Positions 25,567-33,000 of a stretch of 48,970 bases of DNA are shown here, one piece after another (position 1 is the first letter of the stretch; every line of letters starts with the position of its first letter). This DNA is from Minisyncoccota bacterium (GTDB taxonomy: Bacteria; Patescibacteriota; Minisyncoccia; Phycocordibacterales; UBA12079): NCBI GenBank assembly GCA_028689435.1, contig JAQTWD010000002.1, positions 1 to 48,970 of the forward strand, in the 5' to 3' direction. Under the pieces are notes generated by a model. That model had not been told where the DNA came from. It searched no databases and saw only the letters and a list, made by a program, of their open reading frames with translations. A program made the position numbers and the translations under genes.

Positions 25567-26625
25567 TTATTCAATAGCGGGCTTGTCGATAATTATTGAT
25601 TCAACACCAGATGATTCGCCAGTAATCCTTAAAACATCTTTGTCTATCTGTTGAAATTCTTTATGTGAACGATTGAAATGATTTACAGTCGTTGATAAAG
25701 AGCTTCCCAACTTTTCCATAAACTGACCAAAATTGTTCATATGTTTATCCAATTGTCCCACCCTCTTGATTATATCCTGAGCCTTTTCTTCAATCTGAAG
25801 AGATCTTAATCCCTGTAAAACAGTCTGTAAATAAGCCAAAAATGACGTAGGAGAGACGATAATCACCTTCTTTTGTTGGAATGCATACTCTATCAAGTCA
25901 ATCGTAGAAGTCTTTACCGCCCCCACCTGATTAATAAGCAAATCATAATAAATACCTTCTGACGGAATAAACATAAAAGCAAAATCCATTGTTCCCTCTT
26001 TTGGACGGATATATTTTGCTGTTTCGTCAATTCTGTTTTTCAAGTCTTGTTTGAATACTTTTTCCAATCTTTCTTTTTCTTGGGGGTCGTTGGTGCTGAC
26101 TATTTTATTGTAATTTTCCAAAGAAAATTTTGAATCCACAGGAAGAAATTTATTCTTATCCAAAAAAACGACAGCATCTACTATTTCTCCATTTTCAAAT
26201 TTGTATTGCATTTGAAATCTCTCGGGTGGTAAAACATTTTTTAAAACTGTCTCCAAATAATATTCTCCTAACACCCCTCTTTGTTTTGGATTTTTTAAAA
26301 TGTCTTGCAGGTTTTTAAGCTGATCAGCAAAACCCACCACCTGACGACTGGTTTCTTTTACGCTGGACAATTCTTGTGTGATTTCTTTGATCAATTTTTG
26401 TGATTCACTAAATTGTGTTTTAACTGAATCGTTCATCATTTTTGACGACTCCCCTATTTTCAAATCCAAAGTTCTGGTTAATTCATTTAGTTGGTTTTGA
26501 ATCAGCAAAAAACTGTTGTCATCTTTTTTTTCATCGTCTTTACGAGAAATTTTGTACAAAAAATACGCCATCACCGCAACGGCCAAAACCAACAAAATAA
26601 TGAGTGCTGTAAGAATAATTTCCAT
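25567..26625 (-). CDS. rmuC: DNA recombination protein RmuC
   Basis: N-terminal TM helix, coiled coil, then an RmuC-type nuclease-like C-terminal domain (DFAFMFIPSEGIY...VIIVSPTSFLAYL). Confidence 0.8.
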   Translation of the reverse strand: MEIILTALIILLVLAVAVMAYFLYKISRKDDEKKDDNSFLLIQNQLNELTRTLDLKIGESSKMMNDSVKTQFSESQKLIKEITQELSSVKETSRQVVGFADQLKNLQDILKNPKQRGVLGEYYLETVLKNVLPPERFQMQYKFENGEIVDAVVFLDKNKFLPVDSKFSLENYNKIVSTNDPQEKERLEKVFKQDLKNRIDETAKYIRPKEGTMDFAFMFIPSEGIYYDLLINQVGAVKTSTIDLIEYAFQQKKVIIVSPTSFLAYLQTVLQGLRSLQIEEKAQDIIKRVGQLDKHMNNFGQFMEKLGSSLSTTVNHFNRSHKEFQQIDKDVLRITGESSGVESIIIDKPAIE

Positions 26626-26682
26626 TGTTTCAATAATAACATTTTTAATTAAAAAGTGTATTTAAGAAATAGCTGATAGCCT

Positions 26683-26727
26683 ATACCTGCCTGCCGTGTC
26701 GTTGCTTTTCTTTTAGAAAAGAGGCAG
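26683..26727. repeat. right arm of the 45-bp perfect inverted repeat bracketing rmuC
   Basis: Exact reverse complement of 25265-25309. Confidence 0.9.
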
Positions 26728-26919
26728 GGCTGATAGCTGATAGTATTGACCAAGTTTACAGTTTACAACATGAACGACGTGAATTATTTCGCTCCTTGCA
26801 ATGACGAGCGATCGTCGTCTTGGCTATCAGCTATAAGCTATCGGCTATCAGCTTCGTTTCAGCTATTAGCTTCGTTTTTATTATCAGCTTCGTTTTTTAC
26901 TCTCATCTCTGTTTGTAGT

Positions 26920-29592
26920 TCAAAGAATATTAGACAACCTTGCTCTTCTAAACACAAAATATTTAGACAATTCAATTATGGCGAAATTGAAAATACCTAT
27001 AATTCCGAGCAGAATTATTTCTCCTCCCGTCAATTTTACCAACGAAAGCATATCTCTCACAGGAGGAACAAACAATGCGATAAACAAGAAAAACATACTT
27101 ATTAACAAAGAAAAAATGAGGTACTTATTGGAAAAGATATTTATTTTCCAAAAACTTAAATGAAAAGATTTGAAAGAAATACTGAAAAAGACAGTACCCA
27201 AAGAAACAGAAGCGAACATTATTGTTCTTATTTTTTCCATTGTCATATTTGTTTGCATAATAAACAAATAAACCAAAAGCAAAAATATTCCCGCAGATAA
27301 TCCAACTGTAAAAATCATCATCTTTAATTCTTTTGTTAATATATTATTTTTTTTCATTGAACTAGGATTTCTTTTCATCAAATCTTTTTCTCCTGGCTCA
27401 AAAACAAAAGTAAAATTCATCAACCCTTCTTGAATTATATTTGACCAAAGAATCTGAGTTGGAAGAATTGGTAAAGGAAGTCCTACTAGTAAAGCTCCCC
27501 CGATTATCAAGAATTCAGCAAAGCTTGTAGACAGCAAATATCCGAGTATTTTCTTTAAATTATCAATCAATCTTCTTCCTTCTTCTATTGCAAAAGTTAT
27601 TGTTGAAAAATCTCCACCTAACAAAATCAGGTCGGAGGCTTCTTTTGATACTTCTGTTCCACTTTCCATTACTATACCAATATCCGCTCCCTGCAAAGCG
27701 GGGGCATCGTTTACACCATCTCCTGTCATTGCCACCACCTCTCCATTTTTTTGTAAAATTTTTGAAAGCCTCAATTTTTGTGAAGGATTCATCCTCGCAA
27801 AAACTCTTACGGTTTTTAATTCTTCAAATAATTCAGAATCTCTCATCTCTTCAATTTCTGCGCCAGTTAAAATTTTATCTCCCTTTTTTATAATACCAAC
27901 TTCTTCTGCAATTTTTGAAGCAGTGTTTGGATTGTCTCCTGTCACCATCACAACATGAGTTCCTGCCATTTGAGCCTTTTTTATCGATTCTTTTACATCT
28001 GCCCTTATTGGATCAGAAAACGCCAAAAGACCAACAAAAACCAAATCATTCAGATTATCTTGGTTTTCTTCCCTGTCCAAATTAGGAATCTTTTCCCAAT
28101 CAACTTTTTTATAAGCAAGAGCAATAAAACGCACACCATCTAAACTTTTTTGCTTTTGTGTTTTTAAAAAATGTTCCAATGCTTTTCTTGTCATTTTTTT
28201 CTCTTTGCCGTTGTGATAAATAAATTTTGATTTTTCCAAAATCATTTCCGGAATACCGCTGACATACAATTTATTTCTTTTTTTATCTTTGTTCAATGAA
28301 GCACTAAAACCATTTTTTGATTCAAAAGAATGAAAATCCAACCTTTCCCTATCATTAAATAGATCATCTTGAGTAAACCCATGTTCTATTCCCGCCAATA
28401 TAATTGCTTTTTCAATAGGACGACCTCTCACAATCAGATTATCTGGAGCCTGATTACCTTCATCAATAAAAGCATCTGATGACAACACCGCCATTTTTAT
28501 CAAATCTTCATCATCTTGATTTCCTCCATCATTAATAAAATTCCAAGTGTAAACCTTATCTAAATGCATTTTTGCTTCTGTAAGCGTCCCTGTTTTGTCT
28601 GTCAAAATATAAGTGGTACTACCCAAAGTTTCTGCTGCTAACAAATTTCTGACCAACCCCCCCTTTTTTAAAATATTACTCATTCCAACCGCCAAGACAG
28701 ATGTCACAGCAATAGGCAAACCTTCTGGCATTACCGCAACAGCCATTGCAATAGCGATTATCAACATCTCTGTCACAGATTCTCCGCGAACAAGTCCCAA
28801 GAAAAAAATGACGGCCAAAACAACCAATACCAAAATTGATAAAAATTTTGCCAATTTTTCCAAACTTTCTTTGATGGGTGTCTTTTCCTCCTTTACCAAA
28901 TTTAAACTTTGTGCAATTTTTCCAATTTCAGTTTTATCTCCAATCTCTACAACAACCCCTAATGCATTACCAGAAGAAACTGTTGTACCCATCCAAACCA
29001 TGTTAATTTGTTTGTTCAAAGACTTGTCCGCTAAAGAACTCGCTGTTACCTTGGTTTCTTTTACAACATCAGCCCACTCTCCCGTTAAAACAGATTCATT
29101 TATCAAAAGATTTTTTTCTTCTATCAATCTTAAATCAGCAGGAATAAACATTCCAGAATTCAACACAACCAAATCACCAGGAACCAAATCTTCTGCCAAA
29201 ATCACGCTTTTCTTTCCGTCTCTAATAACCGTCGCTTGTTTTTGTTGTAATTTGCTTAATTTATCAAACGCATTAGATGCTTTATTTTCTTGAAATGTTC
29301 CAATAAATGTATTTATAAATAAAGCCAAAAAAATAACAATTGAATCTGAATATTCTTTGAGAAAAAAAGTAATAATTCCCGCGATCAATAAGATAAAAAT
29401 TAAAGGACTTTTAAATTGAGAAAATATTTTTCCTAATAACCCAAAATCTCTTTTCTTATCAAATAAATTTCTTCCAAATTTTTTTTGAATTTTTTGAATA
29501 TCCGAAGATTTTAAACCAGCATTCAAATCAGTATTTAAATATTTTTCAATCTCTTTTATTGAAAGTGAGTACCATTTTTGTTTTTTTGTCAT
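26920..29592 (-). CDS. cation-transporting P-type ATPase (P2, Ca2+/Mg2+-type)
   Basis: DKTGTLT phosphorylation site, TGDGVNDAPAL hinge, MVTGDN. About 10 TM helices, 890 aa. Confidence 0.9.
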   Translation of the reverse strand: MTKKQKWYSLSIKEIEKYLNTDLNAGLKSSDIQKIQKKFGRNLFDKKRDFGLLGKIFSQFKSPLIFILLIAGIITFFLKEYSDSIVIFLALFINTFIGTFQENKASNAFDKLSKLQQKQATVIRDGKKSVILAEDLVPGDLVVLNSGMFIPADLRLIEEKNLLINESVLTGEWADVVKETKVTASSLADKSLNKQINMVWMGTTVSSGNALGVVVEIGDKTEIGKIAQSLNLVKEEKTPIKESLEKLAKFLSILVLVVLAVIFFLGLVRGESVTEMLIIAIAMAVAVMPEGLPIAVTSVLAVGMSNILKKGGLVRNLLAAETLGSTTYILTDKTGTLTEAKMHLDKVYTWNFINDGGNQDDEDLIKMAVLSSDAFIDEGNQAPDNLIVRGRPIEKAIILAGIEHGFTQDDLFNDRERLDFHSFESKNGFSASLNKDKKRNKLYVSGIPEMILEKSKFIYHNGKEKKMTRKALEHFLKTQKQKSLDGVRFIALAYKKVDWEKIPNLDREENQDNLNDLVFVGLLAFSDPIRADVKESIKKAQMAGTHVVMVTGDNPNTASKIAEEVGIIKKGDKILTGAEIEEMRDSELFEELKTVRVFARMNPSQKLRLSKILQKNGEVVAMTGDGVNDAPALQGADIGIVMESGTEVSKEASDLILLGGDFSTITFAIEEGRRLIDNLKKILGYLLSTSFAEFLIIGGALLVGLPLPILPTQILWSNIIQEGLMNFTFVFEPGEKDLMKRNPSSMKKNNILTKELKMMIFTVGLSAGIFLLLVYLFIMQTNMTMEKIRTIMFASVSLGTVFFSISFKSFHLSFWKINIFSNKYLIFSLLISMFFLFIALFVPPVRDMLSLVKLTGGEIILLGIIGIFNFAIIELSKYFVFRRARLSNIL

Positions 29593-29685
29593 AAAACAAT
29601 TATAGCAAAACTTTTATTTACTTATTAACATTTTACTTTCTGAAAAGATGGTGTAAAATTTCTTCTTGTGTGTATTTATAATTAT

Positions 29686-29844
29686 ATGAGCAAAAATACT
29701 TTTAAAAAAGAATATCATTATGATTTCCTGATCGGATTTCTTTTTGTTTGTACCGTTGCGATTGGATATTATTTTTTGAAAACTTCTATTCAAGTAGCTT
29801 TTGTTACGTATGATTATATGATTGCAAATGTAACAAACATGTAA
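29686..29844 (+). CDS. 52-aa membrane peptide (not in the ORF track)
   Basis: Translation: MSKNTFKKEYHYDFLIGFLFVCTVAIGYYFLKTSIQVAFVTYDYMIANVTNM. ORF only. Confidence 0.25.
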   Translation: MSKNTFKKEYHYDFLIGFLFVCTVAIGYYFLKTSIQVAFVTYDYMIANVTNM

Positions 29845-30173
29845 ATTATAAATTTAAAATGATAAATTATAAATTATGAAAATCTATTTTTACTCAATCC
29901 ATACGGTCGTATGAATTGAGTAAAAATGTTTTTTGCTTAAATTTTGCCCTGGGTTTAGGTTTTAAAGTTTTTAAAATTACAAAATTTATGCGACCGCATA
30001 AATTTTGTAATTTTAATTTTATTTATAAAAACTTAGGTGTATGGTTATTCTTTGCATTGTTAAAGAATTTATAATCTGTTATATTTTTAATATTAATTAA
30101 CAACATCAAATATCTTATTTTTAATTTTACATTGTAATTTTGAATTTTGAGATTTTATTTTTCAATTTAAAAT

Positions 30174-30629
30174 ATGTCTATACAAAATCAAATCAAAGAA
30201 CAATTAAAAGAATCTATGAAAGCAAGAGACGAGGTGAGAACTCTTGTTTTAAAAGGTCTCCTTGCTGGATTTACAAATGAATTGGTTGCACAAAGAAAAA
30301 AGCCGAGTGAAGAACTGCCTGATGCAGACGCTCTTAATGTAATCAAAAAAATGGTTAAGCAAAGAAAAGATTCTATTGAACAATTTAGAAAAGGAAATCG
30401 CGAGGATTTGGCAACAAGTGAAGAAAAAGAGCTTGCGATTTTGAATACATATCTGCCAGAAACAATGAGCAAAGAAGAAATATTAAAAATTGCCATCGTA
30501 AAAAAAGATGAACTAGGAATAACAGATAAATCCAAGATGGGAATGTTAGTGGGAGCAATAATAAAAGAATTGAAAGATAAGGCGGATAGTGAAGATGTGA
30601 AGGAGGTGGTGGAAAAACTTTTTCAATAA
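30174..30629 (+). CDS. yqeY: GatB/YqeY domain-containing protein
   Basis: IKEQLKESMKARD...LKGLLA...YLPE pattern. 151 aa. Confidence 0.8.
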   Translation: MSIQNQIKEQLKESMKARDEVRTLVLKGLLAGFTNELVAQRKKPSEELPDADALNVIKKMVKQRKDSIEQFRKGNREDLATSEEKELAILNTYLPETMSKEEILKIAIVKKDELGITDKSKMGMLVGAIIKELKDKADSEDVKEVVEKLFQ

Positions 30630-30694
30630 AACAAAAAAATACAGAGGACTTGCCTCTATGTTTTTTGAGCCTTATTCAGGCTGATTTTTTATAT

Positions 30695-30935
30695 GTGTCG
30701 AGGGGCGGGTCGTCCTACAGTTACTAAATATTTTGTTCGTGCTTCGCACTCCAAAATATTAAGTACTGTTCGGACCTCGGCTCGCTGTTTTCATAGATTG
30801 TTTTCTTTTTGTGAAAGAAAACAATCTATGAAAACATGCTCCGCCGTTCTCGCCCGCACATGAGCAAAGCAGTTTGCTCATTCCCTCAACAAAAATAAAA
30901 TATCCCAGACAAAAAGTCTGGAATATTTTATTTTG
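30695..30935 (-). pseudogene. tRNA-Phe 3'-end duplicate plus a ~225-bp block of four hairpin modules
   Basis: GTGTCGAGGGGCGGG occurs at 30695-30709 and again at 30935-30949 (the real tRNA 3' end). Hairpins lie between them, for example the perfect GTTTTCATAGATTGTTTTCTTT / AAAGAAAACAATCTATGAAAAC stem. Confidence 0.6.
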
Positions 30936-31008
30936 TGTCGAGGGGCGGGCTCGAACCGCCGACCCTTCGCTCTTCAGGCGAATGCTCTACCAACTGAGCT
31001 ACCTCGAC
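30936..31008 (-). tRNA. tRNA-Phe (GAA)
   Basis: GTCGAGGTAGCTCAGTTGGTAGAGCATTCGCCTGAAGAGCGAAGGGTCGGCGGTTCGAGCCCGCCCCTCGACA. Canonical cloverleaf with anticodon loop CTGAAGA. CCA is not encoded. Confidence 0.95.
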
Positions 31009-31058
31009 ATATCTATATATTTAATTGTGAACTACTTTACCATTTTGTGAAAATTTTT

Positions 31059-31164
31059 GCATTCGCCTGAAGAAACCTCAGAGGCCTCGCTTCGCTCGGA
31101 TTCGAAGCTCCAATGCTTCTCATCCAACTGAGCCCTGCCTGCCGGCAAGCAGGTACCTCGACAT
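31059..31164 (-). pseudogene. scrambled tRNA-Phe-derived fragment carrying a 20-nt palindrome insertion
   Basis: The 21 nt CCAACTGAGC+TACCTCGACAT are contiguous in the real gene (30990-31010). Here they are split (31124-31133 and 31154-31164) by CCTGCCTGCCGGCAAGCAGG. An inverted copy of GCATTCGCCTGAAGA lies at 31059-31073. Confidence 0.6.
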
Positions 31165-31218
31165 GTTTCAAATTTAAAATTAAAATCTCAAAATTTAAAT
31201 CTTTAAATTTTAAAATCT

Positions 31219-31506
31219 TTAAATCTTTGGAATCAAATCATTTATTTTTTGAAAATTTTGAATACTTGCGTCAAGACCTCCTCGCAAACTTCCATAACTT
31301 CCAGAAATTGTTTCAAGTATTGGTTGTATATAATAATACGCACCCAAAGTAACCGCAATTATTATCCCCCAATAGACAAATTTAATAAACCTCTTATATT
31401 GAACATCCCTCCATATTTTGTGAAGTAGTTCATTATTCTCTTTAGAGACTTTAAGGTTTTCCCTCATCAAATTTTGTAATTCTGGATCAAAATATTCCAT
31501 AAACAA
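31219..31506 (-). CDS. small membrane protein, hypothetical
   Basis: ORF with one central TM helix. Confidence 0.35.
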   Translation of the reverse strand: MFMEYFDPELQNLMRENLKVSKENNELLHKIWRDVQYKRFIKFVYWGIIIAVTLGAYYYIQPILETISGSYGSLRGGLDASIQNFQKINDLIPKI

Positions 31507-31552
31507 AAGTATATCAAAAAAACCTTTAAAGTAAACTTGTTTTTTTAATGTG

Positions 31553-31624
31553 TGCTCTCACCAGGAATCGAACCTAGAATTACTCCTTAGGACGGAGTCG
31601 TTATATCCATTTAACTATGAGAGC
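31553..31624 (-). tRNA. tRNA-Arg (CCU)
   Basis: GCTCTCATAGTTAAATGGATATAACGACTCCGTCCTAAGGAGTAATTCTAGGTTCGATTCCTGGTGAGAGCA. Anticodon loop GTCCTAA. Confidence 0.9.
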
Positions 31625-31736
31625 ATTTCTTCTCTAAGATATCATTATAATATTTTTTATTCAATTTAATGTTTAATAAATAAAAAAACCCGTATAAATT
31701 TTATTTACGGGTTTTTTATTTAAAATTTTATTGTTT

Positions 31737-31973
31737 TTATATTCCCAAAAGCTCTTCTATTCTGCTTTTGTCAAAACCAAATACTACTTCCCCATCAATT
31801 ACGATGACAGGCACTCCCATTTGACCATCGGTCAACTCCAACAACTCTTGTATTTTTTCTTGATTGCCGGCAACATCAACTTCTTCATAGTCAACATCGT
31901 TGCTTTGAAAAAAATCTTTTGCCATCAAACAATAAGTACAAGTTGATGTTGTATAAATTGTTACTTTGTTCAT
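31737..31973 (-). CDS. glutaredoxin-like protein (NrdH/Grx family)
   Basis: IYTTSTCTYCLMAKDFF with CxxC, and GVPVIVIDGEVV. 78 aa. Confidence 0.8.
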   Translation of the reverse strand: MNKVTIYTTSTCTYCLMAKDFFQSNDVDYEEVDVAGNQEKIQELLELTDGQMGVPVIVIDGEVVFGFDKSRIEELLGI

Positions 31974-32244
31974 ATATTTCTAGGGTATAGCATTTAGAGT
32001 ATAGGGTATAGAAAATAATTTCTAATTATTAATTTCGAATTTCGATTCAATATCGAATTTTAAAATATTTAACATTGAAACACAAAAAATTTCTGGAGGA
32101 AATTTTTATTCACTATACGCTACACGCTAAACGCTAATACAAATTAATTTATAATTCCGATAAATTATAGCACACATTTTTTTTAAAACACCACAAAAAA
32201 TCCTATTGACGAGAGAAATAAAAAATTTTCCGATAAATTTTTCT

Positions 32245-32274
32245 TTGCATTTGAATTTTTGTTTATGCTAAGAT
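32245..32274 (+). promoter_or_regulatory. promoter positioned to start transcription at the upstream ATGAAT copy
   Basis: TTGCAT, 18-nt spacer, TGcTAAGAT (extended -10). The -10 ends 7 nt before ATG 32282. Confidence 0.5.
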
Positions 32275-32287
32275 ATCTGCAATGAAT

Positions 32288-32406
32288 CCCGTTAGAGATA
32301 ACGGATGAAAAAAAGAGACACTAGCCGAAAGTGATTTATCAATTAAATTATATAAAGATCAGAGGCACGACTTATATATAAAAGTCCGTGTTCTATCTCT
32401 AACGGG
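32288..32406 (+). mobile_element. TIR element copy A (119 bp) abutting the lepB start codon
   Basis: CCCGTTAGAGATA (32288-32300) is the exact inverted repeat of TATCTCTAACGGG (32394-32406). Flanked by ATGAAT at 32282-32287 and ATGAAT at 32407-32412 (the lepB start). Confidence 0.75.
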
Positions 32407-32955
32407 ATGAATAATTCTAATGAAAACTTTTTTGTAGAAGTCTTAAAGTTCTCACTACTTACTTTAATTGTTGTGCTTCCTTTCAGGATGTACATCGCAA
32501 AACCATTTATTGTTGATGGTGCATCGATGAGTCCGACATTTGAAACAGGTCACTACCTCATTGTTGATGAAATCTCGTACAGAATAGAAAATCCTCAAAG
32601 GGGCGAAGTGATAATTTTCAAATATCCGAAAGATCCAAGTCGTTTCTTTATAAAAAGAATTATCGGATTACCAAACGAAACCGTTGAAATAATAAATGGA
32701 AAAGTAACAATCTACAACGAAGAAACGCCTAATGGAGTACATTTAGAAGAAAATTATGTTGAAAAAACATCTCGGGAAAATATAAAGGTTAAATTGGGAG
32801 AAAATGAGTATTTTGTTATGGGAGATAACCGAGGAAATAGCTCTGATTCAAGGTTTTGGGGAGCATTACCAAAAGACATGATTATTGGAAAAGCATTTTT
32901 ACGACTTTTGCCCATTACCAAAATAGATGTATTGCCCGGAAATTTTGATTATTAA
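32407..32955 (+). CDS. lepB: signal peptidase I
   Basis: DGASMSPT (catalytic Ser), KRIIGLPNE (catalytic Lys), GDNRGNSSDSR. Confidence 0.9.
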   Translation: MNNSNENFFVEVLKFSLLTLIVVLPFRMYIAKPFIVDGASMSPTFETGHYLIVDEISYRIENPQRGEVIIFKYPKDPSRFFIKRIIGLPNETVEIINGKVTIYNEETPNGVHLEENYVEKTSRENIKVKLGENEYFVMGDNRGNSSDSRFWGALPKDMIIGKAFLRLLPITKIDVLPGNFDY

Positions 32956-33000
32956 TTATTAAATTAGATATCATTATTAAAATTGTTTTTTAACAAAAAT

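Noticed and set aside
28613-29293. A 226-aa plus-strand ORF, and other plus-strand ORFs (27588-27893, 27955-28143), inside the P-type ATPase gene.
   Set aside because: They are antisense to a gene with unambiguous P-type ATPase motifs. They are low-complexity and have no start signals.
31113-31352. ORFs across tRNA remnants: 31113-31352, 41878-42093, 41915-42112, 42165-42365 and 42449-42640.
   Set aside because: They overlap tRNA genes or tRNA-derived fragments and hairpins, for example the PACRQAG peptide produced by the 20-nt palindrome. They are not credible coding regions.
32282-32412. The idea that the duplicated ATGAAT codons are take-off and landing sites for translational bypassing (as in T4 gene 60 or the mitochondrial 'byp' elements).
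   Set aside because: The upstream copy is the very first codon pair, so bypassing would gain nothing. No stop codon immediately follows the take-off site. The downstream ATG can simply initiate translation. A target-site duplication or leader interpretation is more parsimonious.
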